NCBI GenBank assembly: GCA_013239625.1 | Contig: MU053472.1 | Location: forward strand, 1,302,001-1,366,000 | Origin: Lama guanicoe | Taxonomy: Eukaryota | DNA: 64,000 bases | Direction of reading: 5' to 3' | Shown: piece after piece, positions 40,660-54,083 of the stretch | How the letters are laid out: every line of letters starts with the position of its first letter | Numbering within the stretch: position 1 is the first letter of the stretch | Made by a program: the position numbers and the translations under genes | Notes under the pieces: model-generated | The model's database searches: none | Told to the model about the DNA's origin: nothing | The model's input: the letters and a program-made list of their open reading frames with translations, nothing else

Positions 40660-43600
40660 TAAAAGAACACTGGATTGAAACATTTAATTTCACTCCCTTC
40701 TTAAAGCCCACTAAAACTCAGTAAAGGGACTGTTTTCTTCTTTGAATGCATAAACCCAAAGACAAGGAAATCAGGCTAGAAGATAAAACTAAGAAAATTT
40801 TGGAAACTATAAAGCAGATGAACACACATTAAAGGACTCAGTAGATGTAACAGAGTTGAATCCCTAAGTTGACAAGAGAAAAGATGAATTCTGTATATGG
40901 CAGAATCCTACAAAGGCTCAGAATTAGTGGGACCAGGGTACCTCCAGAAGGCATGGAAGAGTTGGGGTAAAGAAGGCAGTTGTGCTATTGGCTAGAAGCT
41001 ATTTGAGAAGCAGTGACATTCCAGAGCTCCCCAACTCCCTACCACACAGCCTGGTCACCAAGCCTCCCTAACCATGTCAAAAGACTAGAAGTTTATTGTC
41101 TAGAAGACATGAAACACTTCTCTGGACACCAGAAAATCTCTCTCTGGACACCAGACATAAACGAGGTTAGTTAAGGCATTCTAAAAACAGGGGTATTAAA
41201 TAAATACATGAATGAGAATGTAGAGACACCTCCCCTCTTCCTCCTCTGAATTTCCAGAGTCTGGCAGTCAGAACTTTACCCTCCAGACAGAAGACCAGAA
41301 GGGACTTCTCTGATTAAAGACCAAAATATACTGACTTGGGTGTGGGGTTAGAAGGTTCCACAATGAAAATGCTCAGCAACAAGCCCCACTAACACAGAAC
41401 TTCTAATCAGCATTATGAGCAGAGAAACAAGATTATCAGGCATCTGCAAAATGCCTCTAATATGAAAGAAGCAAAAAATAGGAGAAAAAACTTGAGCAGT
41501 CTATAGAGGGAGGGAAAAAAATCCCTTAAAAAAGTACCATTAATATCCTCAAAGAGATAAGATATCAAAAAGATGGGGGGAAAAAAAGAACAAGATACTA
41601 TTAAAATTCATAGAACAAAAAAGGGCTCTTAAGGGACATACAAATGGCCAACATGCACAAGTATGCATTATTAGTCATTAAGGAAATACAAATTAAAACC
41701 ACATTAGATACTACTTCCCACTAACCTGGATGTCTAAAATGTAAGACTCACAGTACGAAGCACTGGTAAGGAGGCAGAACAACTGAAACTGAGGAAAGTA
41801 AAAGAATTATATAATCACTTTGGAAAACTATTTGATGCTTTCTAATTAAGCTAAACATATACCTACTCTATGTCTCAACCATTCCACTCCACACCTAGGT
41901 ATGTAAGATATATGAAAGCGTATGTCCAGAAAGACTTGTAGAAAAATGTTTATAGTAGTTTTACTCATCATAGCCAAAACCAAGAAACTCAAATGTCCAA
42001 CTGAACAGATAAATAATTATGTTAAATTCATACAGCAGACTACTACTCAGCAACAACAGGGATGAATATCACATCTCTCTGACATCAAAACAAAAAAAGC
42101 CAGACACAAAACAAAAAAAGCCAGACACAATTCCATTTATATTAAGTACAAAAACAAACAAAACTAATACATGGCAATAGAAATCAGAAAAGTGGTTGTC
42201 TCTGGTGGGTTGGGATGATTGATTTGAAAGAGGCATGAAAGATCTTTCTGGAGTGATAGAAACATTCTTTATCTTGAATTGGGTGATAATAGAAGTATAA
42301 AGCATTTGCCAGAATTCACTGAACTAAACACTTTAGATCTATACCTTGATAGGAGGGTAGGAGGTTATATGAGCGGATTTTTTTTAAACTCACTGAAGTG
42401 TACACTTAAGATTTGTGCATTTTACCACATGTAAATACATCACATGAAATTTTTCAATAAAAAAATTAAGAGCTCTTAAAATTTAAAAAATGAGAGCAGA
42501 AAGATAAAGATCATTTGAAAGAATGTAAAAGTTTAAAGAAATCTCCCAAAAGGTAGTAAAAAGACAAAGATGGAAAACGGGAAGAAATTGAGAGGATCAG
42601 CCCAGGAGGTGCAATATCAAAATTATAAGAGTTACAAGAAGAAAGAAAATCTAAGAGAGGAAATCATCTCTGAGACAATTTTTTTTAATTTCCCCAAACT
42701 GAAGGACATCAGCCTTCAAATTAAAGGAGCCCATTTTTAGTAGCAAATAGGTGAAAACAGGGCCATACAGGACATCAGTGTGAAATTTCAGAACACTGAG
42801 GATAAAAATCCTGTAGGCAAATCCTGTAAACAAACACAATGCTCCAAGAATTAGAATGCGTTGGATACCTCAAGAACAAAGGGAAACCAGGCTAAAAATG
42901 AAGCAACACTTTTTCAAGATTCTGAAGAAAAATGATTTTTAACTTAGAACTCTAACTCAGATAAATGTTCAGTCAAGTATGATCTCAGATTTAAGATATT
43001 TTCAGATTTAACAAATGTCAATAATTTATCTCATATAAACTCTTTCTCAAAAAGTTCCTGGAGGAAGTCATCCACCAAAACAAGAAAAAAAAAATCCAGA
43101 AAGTAGAAGATATGGGATTAGAGATAACAAAGATCTAGCAGCAGAGAATTCCCGGGATAAGGGTGAAGGGAGTTCCCAGGATTGTAGCTGTGGACCAGGT
43201 TCAAAGAGACACCAGTCTAGTTTGAAGTCAGACTGAAGGCTACATGAAAACATGAGAAGAAACTGACATCTGATAATCTTAAGAGGCTAGTGTAGGGTTG
43301 AATTAGTGATAAATACTTAGAATACCAAACACAGATAAAACCACAGTTAGCTCTAGGGAAGACAAAAAGTTGTGCTAGAAAAGTGATCACAGCTTACTAT
43401 ACAACTTGGTCCGGTACACAAGGTGTCATAAGGTAAACACTGAATATTCATGTAAGCAAAATTACCATATAACTGTAGTGGTAGGATGAAGTAATAGAGA
43501 GGAAGGGGAAGTGACTAAGGGTGAAGGGTAGGGGGAAGAAAGCTAAATTTGCATGCTCAGAAGTGGGAAGTCAACAGATAATGCCTAGAATATAAGACAG

Positions 43601-43720
43601 TCTCTTCTGGGAAGGAGAAAATACCAAGGAAGATTAGGCAACTGCTTGTTAGTCAACAAATCTTAAACAAACAAGTTAACACTTTAAACTATATGTATGT
43701 ATGACACTGATAACAATTGG
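40660..43720 (+). mobile_element. Old L1 5'/ORF1-region fragments interrupted by an L1 3' end (~41633-42463)
   Basis: Inner element flanked by aagggctcttaa / aagagctcttaa; typical L1 3'UTR motifs. Confidence 0.72.
42086..42127. repeat. 21-bp perfect tandem duplication
   Basis: caaaacaaaaaaagccagaca x2. Confidence 0.9.
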
Positions 43721-46109
43721 CATCTCAGAAAAAAACAACATAAAACATTTATTTGAAAAAAAGAGTAAAAGCAAATAATTAGCTATGTTAGGTGACAGGG
43801 TCATCCGTGGAATTCTCTCCCTTTTCCAATCTGTCAGCAGTATTATTGTGTTGCTTTTATAATTCTTCAACAAATTTTACAGAAGTGCTACTGGCTGTCA
43901 GGTGACATTCCTGTTTGCCTTTGCTTACAATGCTCTCTTCTTATCTATAGATACCACCTTACTTTTTACAATGCCACCTGAACACCAAATGCTCTTTTAT
44001 GACTTGGTTAAAACATCACCCCTTCTTTCCTTTCATCACCAAACTCCTCTCACCTTCATGACCCTGCTCTACCTTATATGAATAATAAGCTCCTTGAGCG
44101 TAGTAATATGTCTTATTTGTCCTGGTATGCCTAGCACTCAGCACAGAGCCTAGAACAGTACGCAGGCATTTAATAAGTAATCATTCATTTATTTATTCCA
44201 ACTTAGTGAAAGGTAAATGAGGAAAGTAGTTGTGATGAAAAGGAGGAAGATATCCCAGAGGAAGCAGCACTGGCAAAAAACAAAACAAGACAAAACAAAA
44301 AAACTTTTAAGGAATTCTCAAAGGTAACACTGAAAGCACAAAAGGGAAAATGTTGGAAGTTAATCCATACTCAGAAAGAAATGTGACAATTCACCAAAGA
44401 AAGATGCCCACTGCATATTTTAAGTTATACAACAAGAAGGCAAGCTTCAAACTACTCTTGATAGGTTTTTTACAAAGAAATAAAACACTAATTCTGATCA
44501 TTTAAATTACAGTGTACTAAACAAACAGTATTACTGAGCATTTAAAGAAATATCTATAACGTACCAAAAATTATATAGCACAATGCTAGAATGTACAGTC
44601 TAGGACCAAACACACAGACCCGACCATGAAGTAGATGAAAAACACATACTAAATTATCTCTCTGGTTAATACTGTTTTTCCTTTTCCTATTTTAAATGCA
44701 GTAGAGCTGAGTACATCCCACGGATAAGGCCAGAGTTATGATTACCCTTATCAACTTTGATAGAGGCTATTTGACAGAAAGCTGCAGAAATAAGTCTAAC
44801 GTGCCAATAAGAGTTGAGATGTGAATTCTAAGCACAAAATGATAGCAGAAGGAAAGAGAAAAAAGTAAATACTAATTTTGACCTGTCATTTAAAATTTTC
44901 AAACAAATCTTTAACTTCTCAACTAATTTGGTAAGAAAGGATAATTCATATCCTCCAAAATATGTAATCAAAAAGCATTAAGTCAGACATGCATTGCATT
45001 TTTGCTATTACTCAATTTTTTTTGCCAATTATACTCTGATTTTTAATTTTATAAAAAGTAACAATTTTTTAAAAATGGAGAAAATTTAATGTCTTCCTTG
45101 GAGTATGTTAGTGTAATTGCATTGTTATAATATGCCAATAATGACATTAATGTTTAATGCAACATTAAAGCATTAATAACTGATTAAAGCCATGCATTTA
45201 AACAATATTCAAAATCCGGAAAAAAATTTTCAGACTAACACAGAATATAAGACTTCAATCTAGAATATAAGTTTTCTCCAATATATTAAGTTATAAAAAG
45301 CCACTGCCAAGAGATAAAAAGAATTATTAGATAAATGGCTGACAACCTCTAATAAAATCACACAAAGAACACTGCTATAATAAAATTTTGGTATATAAAG
45401 GACTACGTCTGAGGGGTTACATAGCTAAAAAGAAACCTCTTAGAGCAAGTATTAATTACTCAGTATTACTTACATATTAATCTCTATATGCCCATTAAGA
45501 TATAACTTTTGAGAAACCTCCCTCCAGAGAGAAAGTTAAAACAAACCCTTCTTTAAAAGTGCCTACGAAAACAAAAGATTTTAAAACATAAAAATGTCAT
45601 TTGTATCACTAAGTACCATCTTAACGATAAAATGGTCTCTACTTCAGCAGCATATGTCACTCACACCATAGGCCTCCACACCAATGGGGTTAATTAACAA
45701 AGGTTAAATTTTAGAATTCATAAAGACACACGGCACTCTTACTCTTAGGGAAAAGACTACCTGTTATCATTTGTGTACATGTTTGCAATGATGGAGACTT
45801 GACCTTTTTGATGTTCCTCAATGAATATCCCAATTTTCCACCCCGGCTAAATTTGATAATGAAGTTGGCTTTCCAGTGCTTTCATTACAGGCAGGACTGC
45901 TTTTATGGGCATTGTTTGCTTTTAATTTATCCACAGGCTATGTAGATTATTTACTGCCAAAGGATTCTCTTTATTTGGGGAGATTTTTTTGGTTACAGTG
46001 AGTAGAGTTCTTTCTACGCTGGTTTCCTACAGCTGTGGAGTCAATCTTTCAGGGGTTTGTGGTTGTATCCTCTGCACAATCTATAACATTATTTACATTC
46101 AAAACTAAA

Positions 46110-47100
46110 TACCTGACATCATCAAAATTAAAACCTTTTGAGCACCAAAAGACATTATCAAGAGCATGAAAAGCATCCCTCACAAAGGGAGAAAATATTT
46201 GCAAATCATATACCCAATAAGGGATTAATATCTAGAATACATAAAGAACTCCTACAACTCAACAACCAAAAAAGCAAACAACCCAATTCAAAAATGAGTA
46301 AAGAAGATAAACGAATGACGGAGCACAGGAAAAGATGCTCAACACATCATTAGTCATTAGGAAATAGAAATCAAAACTACAAGGAGATACTACTTCATAT
46401 CCACCATGATGTCTAAAATAAGAAAGACAGATAACAAGTGTAGCCCAGGATGTGGAAAAACTGTGACCCTTACACATTCCTGGCAGGGGTGTAAAATAGT
46501 GTAGCCACTTGGGTACAGTTTGGCAGTTCCTCAAACTGTTAAACATCAAGTTACCATTTGACTCAGCAATTCCACTCCTAGATATATATGCAAAAGAACT
46601 GAAAGCAGGGACTCAAAAGATCTTTGTACACCAAATGTTCACAGCAACATTATTCACAATAGCAAAAACGTGGACACAATCCAAATGTCCATCAACAGAT
46701 AAATGAATAAACAAAATGTAGTATATATATTATTATTCAGCCATAAAAAGGAATGAAATCTGCTATATGCTACAACACGGATGAACCTTGAAAACATTAT
46801 GCTAAGTGAAATAAGACATAAAAGGATAAATACTGCGTGATTCCACTTACATGAGATACCTAGAATAAGCAAATTCAAAAACAGAAAGTAAAATAGAGGT
46901 TACCAGAGACTGAGGGTGGGGGAAATCAGGAGTTATTATTTAATAATTACAGAGTTTCTGTCTGGGATGATGACCAAGTTCTGAAAATAAATACTGGTGA
47001 TGGTTGCACATTATGACTGTACTTAATGCCAATTAATTACTTTTCAAATGGTTCAAAGAGTAAATTTCATATACTATATAGATACCATAGTAATAATAAA
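46110..47100 (+). mobile_element. L1 3' end (ORF2 C-terminus + 3'UTR)
   Basis: Translates EKIFANHIPNKGLISRIHKEL and WQFLKLLNIKLPFDSAIPLL. Confidence 0.9.
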
Positions 47101-47904
47101 TTACTGAAGCCGGGGAAAAAAAACAAAATTATGTAATACCTGAGTCTGTGAAGGTCAGACAAAAATTTACACAAAATATTTCAGAAGTACCTTACAACAA
47201 TGCTAAGACATACAGTTGAAAATACAATACTGATCATAAAGCTATATTCCTATTACAATCAGATGTCATAATTTAGTGCAATTTTTCTTTCCCTCTCATA
47301 TGTATGAGAAAAGTATATTTTATTTGTTAATATTAGAAATAAACACACAGTTTTTAGAAAGGGTTGTACAGAAATGCAAATGTCAAATTAGCTATGGCGT
47401 AAGTTAAAAAAAAAGTTTTTTTCTAACTATTAGGAAATAATTGTGAAGGACTTAATAAATGAGAAAATTTGGAAAGGCTGAAAAATCCACTTGTAATGTT
47501 TTCACTTGGATAGGGAAATCCATAAACATCTATTATTCAAGTATAGGGACCCAGAATACTAAGGTAAACAGAAAAGTCTACCCTTTCACTTAGCTTTTCA
47601 CTGCCAGGATCGAAAAAGGCACTGGTGAAAAGTATAGGTCCTCGGTGCATCTTCAAACCCTCAAACTGACAGAAATATAGATGATGAGCAAAAATCTTCT
47701 AAATTCCAGTGCAACTTACAATTGTCTATCTTCTAATAAATTCTTCTAACACATGTAAAACTGCCATGCAGTGCAGTTCTCTTGGACCTATTAATTGTAA
47801 TCTTCAGTCACATTCCTATAAACTTGCAAATTAGGAGTTTGCGATATGAGCCACATGTCATTTAAACATTCAAATGAAGACATGGAAATAAAATTTAAAA
47901 GGTA

Positions 47905-48067
47905 TCGTCATCCCTCCGTACCTGCAGGGACTTGGTTCCAGAAGCCCCCATAGATACCGAAATCCACAGATGCTCAAGTCCCTTTTATTAAATGGTGCAA
48001 TGCAATGAATACAGTCGGCCCACCTTATCTACAGATGTGAAACCCACGGAATACATAAGGCCAACTG
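47905..48067 (+). mobile_element. Short MER2-like derivative
   Basis: Left MER2 end joined to a ...ggccaactg-TA right end; internally deleted. Confidence 0.72.
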
Positions 48068-49069
48068 TATATCTTAAAACAAAACTAAATAAGAAGTACC
48101 CATTGACTTTAAAAAGCAATACATCATATAAAGACACCAGTGACTGTAACCATCTGATTCTCTTGGTCAACAAACAAATGCTAAATACCTATTTGTGCTT
48201 AAAACAGTGCAAAATGTTTTTTTTTAAAGATTCCTCCTCAAGAAATCTGCAATCTAGTGGAGAGATTAAATTAAAACACATAAAACAATACCATATTTAT
48301 GTAAAAATATTAAAACCCCATGATACAAATTAAGAGTCACAGGAATTCAAAGGAGGTAAGTGCTGGATAGTCCAGGAATGTTCCAGAGAAGAAGGTAAAA
48401 TTTAGGCATATTCTACAAGTCTAGAAAGATAAGTAGAATCAGATGAGAACAAACCCTTCATATTCTAGCCTCATCTTGCCTATCCAACACTTTGTACAAT
48501 ATCAAGTTATTAGAACAGATGAAAGCAGAGAAAAAGTCACCCTAGACAAATGACAAACATGAAATGAGGAAAGCAAACCAATTAGCCTACATAGTCCTTA
48601 TTATGGAGAAGTTAAAGAGTTTTAAGTAGGAGAATACATCTCACTGTTAAAGTTATATGAAAAAAGTTCCCAAAAATTGCATGGACTTTTGACATGACTT
48701 TCCCTTGTTTCCTATTCATATCAGTAAGTATTTACTATTTATGAGAAATGTGTCTTAGAACCAGTAAAACCAAGGCTCATCAAAAAGTGGGCACTCAAAC
48801 TTACTCAACGGTGCTAATTATAACACAAATCAGAAATCTATTAGTCCTTGCCTAGAAGGCTGTGTTTCAGTTTTCCTTCACATTTTCTGAGTCCTTCAAG
48901 GATTCAGATAATTTTAGCTTAAAGCCATTTTTTCACCCAAATTTTAAATGTTTAGATTCCCAGTACACTTAAATATTTGCATAAATGTCATGAAACAACC
49001 ATAATTTATCCTGTAAAAATACAATTTGTGAGATTATTATTATTAGCTTTATTTTGTCAGCTTCTCCCT

Positions 49070-50260
49070 TATTCAAAGGGCACTAAGTTGTCCCATTCAA
49101 TCAGTCAACGTTTTAATAAGCCCCACCAGGTACCTTCTAGACAACAGAGTTCTCATTCTCAAAGATTGCAGAACGCATTTAAGGAGAAGAGACAGCCAAT
49201 TAAACTAGCAGCTGTATTTCAGTGCAATAACTACTACAAAAAAAGTGTATTACAGCAAGAGAGAAGGGAGGAGCAATATCAGGGAAGGCTTCTGAGAGGA
49301 CTTGATGCCTCTAGTTTTGATGGATGAGGATCTAGTGAGGTGGATAGTTCAGGGAGAAAGATGCATGTCAGTTCATTGATGAGCATGTACTTCATGCCAG
49401 CCTCTATGTCACCCTCTGGAAATAAAAATACACTGACCCAAATTTCAAGACATTAGTAATCTTTTAAGGAATTTACTTCATAGAGAAAAGGCTTCAGATT
49501 TGGTCTTAAAAATGAGTTCAGACTCAACTTTTTTTTAAAAAACTGAGTTCACCATGCACAAAAGAAAAGAAATATTGGATAATTCTATTTATACAAGACT
49601 CAAAAATAGGCAAAACTAACCTATAGTAATAGAAGTCAAAACAGCGGTCACCTCTGAGGGGCAGTACCAACTGGGAGAGGACAGGAGACAGCCTACTGGG
49701 ATGCTGAAAATGTTCTTTATCTTGGTTTTGCATAGTGGTTACTTGGGTACATACCTAAAATTTCATCAAGCAATACAGTGAGTTTTGTGCACTTTATTGT
49801 ATGTAAGTAATAAAGGGAAAGGGGGCATTCCAAGATCTAGGAGGCAGTGTTTTCAAAGGCACAGAGTATTCAGGCAGGGACCAAATCACAGAAACTGCCA
49901 GGACTTGACATGCAAAAAAGACTGACTTCAAACCATAAGCTGTGGATATCTTCCACTGAAAGGCACTTGAGTAAAATGACCAGATGTGTATCTCAGAAAC
50001 ACTATTCTGGTAGAAATACAAATAATGGATTGGAGGGGTAGGAGACTAATAGTCCAGGGGACAGATGAAGGCCTTTTCTAAGGCAATGACTTTAAAGATG
50101 GAGAAGAAACAGGAGATAATAAGAAGGCAGCACCAAAGGGACACTGTGATTGATTAAATGTGAACAGAGGCAAAAAAGAAAAAGTCTCAACTGATGACCA
50201 GGTTTCTGGCTTGGGCTTGTGGGTGAATTACAAAGACATGCAACAAAGAAATATCTGAAG
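49070..50260. mobile_element. L2 fragments (minus) with an L1 3'UTR insert (~49545-49812, plus)
   Basis: L2 motifs gatgaccaggtttctggcttggg; L1 motif aggcaaaactaacctatagtaatagaagtca. Confidence 0.6.
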
Positions 50261-50299
50261 ATATACAGGCTGAATGATTTTCCAGGGTATTAAACTACT

Positions 50300-50410
50300 T
50301 CAAGTAGTCCATTATCTCATCTGATCTTCACAGCAATTTTGTGAAGGCCACGAAAAGATATTACATCCATTTTACAGATGAAGAAATGGAATCCCAGAGA
50401 GGCTAATGGT
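50300..50410 (-). mobile_element. MIR core
   Basis: ccattttacagatgaagaaatggaatcccagagagg. Confidence 0.7.
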
Positions 50411-51259
50411 CTTCATTCATTTATTTAAAATGCAGTCATTCATTTGCTTAGCAAACATTTACTGACTGTCATCATTTGTAAACTTGTTATAGAAAGCAAT
50501 AAAGGGCTTAGAAATAATTTTTAAAAAAACCAAAGAGATCAATATATAAGCAGATCTGTAGGAAAAGAAGTCGCATTTAGTTTTGGACTCTATTGAAATA
50601 ATATAAAAAATAAGCTCCACTGAAAATGGAACATTTTTCTATGAGATGTTATTTCCTGCCAAGTGTTCATTCAGCTGATGTCCTAATTTTCATTATTTAA
50701 ATATATTTGCTTGGCAATCTTCTGTCAACTTCAATTTGAATCTCTATAGTACCAGTGATGTGACAATATAAAATGCTTCCATCATTAGGTAATTGCTTCT
50801 CACCACACCTCTAAGCCTATAAAGAATAAGCAATTTGTCCTTCTATAATCAACTGTAAAGAGGTATTCTCAAGTCAGCATCTCTAACAAAATGCGTAACT
50901 TCTGATCTATACAATTCCACACAGTGAAAGATTTCATTTATAGATGCTTGCATAAACTAAAGAATCTCTAAAACAAATTTATTAATCAAACAACTATTCT
51001 AAATCCACCACAGCTTCCTACCACAGCTGTTCACCAATAGATTCCAAAACCAACTTTACAGCAGAGCCAAAAATGACATAATGGCATGCCTAGTACAATT
51101 AACCATTTTTTAACAGCAAAAGATGCATTTAAATACATATACACTATAGATATGTAAATATGAGTTTTAAGCCTCTGGGCACGCACACCTGAGCACACAC
51201 ATACCCTTAAACAAGTTTCCACTAAAAATTTAATCCGGTTTTTAGAAAAGGTTGCTTAT

Positions 51260-51385
51260 TCAATTCACTCATTCAACAAATATGTATTAAGTAGCTAATA
51301 TGTAACAGGCACTGTGCAAGTGCTAGAGACAGAGCAGTGAGTGAGACATACATGTCCCCACCCTCCTGGAGTTTTAGAGTCTACT
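51260..51385 (-). mobile_element. L2 3' end
   Basis: cattcaacaaatatgtattaagtagctaatatgtaacaggcactgtgc. Confidence 0.72.
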
Positions 51386-51599
51386 GATCCGTGATCACGA
51401 AAACTGCATTCTAGGGCAATGTCTTCCTCTCATGCCAGTCTTTTAACTGATCGCTGCAATGAATCTGCCCTCAGGCTTAAATTAAGACCCACATGACTGG
51501 AGACCAAGTATAAGGATTACTAAAAAGCACTTCAGAATAATTAGTTGGTAAAAACATAAAGAGCCTCTTGGAAACTGAAGAGTACAGATATAAGAATTA

Positions 51600-52490
51600 T
51601 TTTAAAGCAAAAAGCATCAGCTCAAGAATGAAGGTCTCAAAACTTTACCTCCCATGCACCCTTTTTCAAGAAGCTACCAGGCAATGAGCTCCACCAAAAT
51701 GGAAGAGTAAATCAAGAGAGAGGAAACAGGGATATAGAGAACAGGATCCAACAAAGGACAGCGAAGAAAATCTCCAGGATAATGGTGAAGGAAGATCCTA
51801 GGATGGCAAACTTTGAGCACAAGGGCAAAAAGTACAGACTGGAGGTGGACAGAAGGTTCCAGGAAGTTTTTTTTCCAATATGGCGAACTGAGTGAACATC
51901 TGATATATATGAACATATGGAGTAGATTTAACATTTGGTGGGAACTTTAGGGGTTGAATTACAGTGACTAGAAACCTAAGCAAATAAAATAAAAGGCAAT
52001 TATTAAAGGAAATCTTTAAGAGAAAGTCAAGCGTACAGAAAAGGAAAAGTAATCCTAGTATATTAAATGGCTTAGCCATGAGCAGAATTTATAAAGACCT
52101 GATTACGGAAACATTGAACACTGATCTAATCAAAATTAAATTATACCAAGATCAGGAAATGGGAGGACAGGAGCACAGGTGTGTGTTTTGGGGACTGGGA
52201 GCAGAATAATAAAGAGCCAAGTCCTCATCCTTAATTAGTGGGGACACAAAAAATACTCCTTAAATAGAAAAAAGAGTAGCAATCTAAGTATATTACTTCA
52301 AAACATAAAGATCAAATTAATAAATTTAAACTGTTAAAAGCACTGGCTGATGGGTAGAGGAAAACTGGCTAGAGAAAAACTGTCAAGGGAGAATAACAGC
52401 ACTACTGTTTTCATAACAAGCCCTGCAGAATCAGCTGATTCTAAATTATGTGTATATATCACTGTCACAAAAATTAAAACTAAAAGACTA
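51600..52490 (+). mobile_element. Old L1 fragment
   Basis: aaactttacctcccatgcacccttttt...ccaccaaaat; homologous to 43.0-43.7 kb. Confidence 0.65.
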
Positions 52491-52575
52491 AGAGGAAAAA
52501 AAGCATTAGCCATGGAGTATAAGAGAAGAAGAACCTTGGACAAAAAAAGCGCTATTCATAAAATTTAGTTTAAAA

Positions 52576-52890
52576 TCATTTGGATTCTTTAGAACCAGTA
52601 AGAGTGCTCTGTATGTTGACGGGAATTTTATTCTCAGCTTCCAAAGGAACTCTGAACAATACTTTAAGCATGTAAGTTACCAACTCTAACCTCACATTTG
52701 GCAATAGGATGGTAACTGTCACCATGGATGAAAAGTACATGAAGATCACTGTATAAAAATCAATCATATCATGAGCAAAATTATTAAATATTATATATTA
52801 CCAAAAGACATTCTTTAGTGCTCATAAACACAATACTTACTGCCATACAGAACTTACCTTAAGTATCAACTTAAATATTTTAACTAAACA
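52576..52890 (-). pseudogene. Degenerate Tudor-like relic, two exon remnants split by a 92-bp GT-AG intron (52749-52840)
   Basis: CLVKIFKLILKVSSVW H|DLHVLFIHGD, then frameshift to VTILLPNVRL...LFRVPLEAENKIPVNIQ. Donor GTAAGT, acceptor TTTTTATACAG. Confidence 0.55.
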
Positions 52891-53199
52891 GACACAACTG
52901 AATATTACATTTAAGGCTCCTATGTTTTTAACTATCATTCAAACTGAATCGCTTTGCTGTACACCTGAAACTAACATTGTAAATCGACTACACTTCAATT
53001 AAATTAAAAAATCCATGTTAAAAAAATTAGCAATTTTTTCCAAAGATTTTCAAAGTTGACAAAAGGAAAAGAAATTTTGAGATGGATATATTGCTCAATA
53101 TACTCAATCTCTGTCAGCACTCCATTCTTAAATCCCTTACAAACCTTATGCAGTTCTCCAAATCTTCTCTCCATCATTTATATATTCACTCCACCATCC

Positions 53200-53760
53200 A
53201 ATCCCTACTGAGCATTTAATGTATACCAGTCACCGTACCTATCTTGGCACTGGGGATGCAGCATCATGCCTGACGACAAATATGATAATTACAAACTATG
53301 AACTATGCAGAATAGTGCAATATCCTCATGTAAGACGATAACAGAAGGCCGAGTTGAGGCAATCAGAGCTAAGACTTCAGATATGAAGAATGGACCAGAC
53401 ATGTGAAAATTTGTAAACAGCCTTTCCAGGCTGAGAGAAAAACAGACTGAGAGGACAGGAATGACAGGATCCGATTTAAATTTTAAGATTACAAAGGCTG
53501 CTGTGTGAAACTAAAAAACCACTGAGTGGTATCTCAGCAAGAGATGATGGCTGGAGTAGGGGCAGTGAAGATGAGCACAAGTTAACAGACTGGACTGGAT
53601 ACCAAACTAACAGGACTAGGTGACAGACTCAAACTGGGGATAAGAGGATAGGTCAGATGGTGAAAGAGAGGAACTAAGGATGTCTATGGGCTTTTGGCTT
53701 TAGCAGTTGTGTTGGAATACTGGTGCCATTTACTGTCATGGGAAAGACTAGGAGAGGCCT
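53200..53760 (-). mobile_element. L2 fragment
   Basis: ggtgccatttactgtcatgggaaagactagg and aacaggactaggtgacagact motifs. Confidence 0.65.
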
Positions 53761-53849
53761 ATCTTTATAGAAGGCTCTTTTTCGTAATGTAGTCTCTCTA
53801 GACTCTTTCACAAGTCATTAGGAAAAGGCAAGAAACCACAGCAAAACTT

Positions 53850-54083
53850 ATAAGGTTTTTCTTCTTCAAGGGGTAAGATGCTGAGACAATCCAATTTCAC
53901 AGAAATGGAAGAGAAGAGGGAGAACTTCCTCTGTAAAACCTTAGTTTAGGATATTTTTGCCTTTAATGCAGTCCAGTATCAAGGACTCCAATAACCATCA
54001 ATTTTCCTGAACCTTGTTCACAAGTGATGTACTTGGGATTTCCATAAAATGAAGCAAGCCTTACGTTAATGAATATGAAGTCT
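53850..54083 (-). pseudogene. Degenerate Tudor-like coding relic
   Basis: After TTTTATTAG, mixed frames give LASFYGNP / TRFRKIDGYW / SLILDCIKGKNILN*GFTEEV. Confidence 0.5.

Noticed and set aside
52660..52748. Gypsy protease-like IHGD..P motif
   Set aside because: No flanking gag/RT/LTR; splice signals and the downstream LFRVP favour a Tudor relic.
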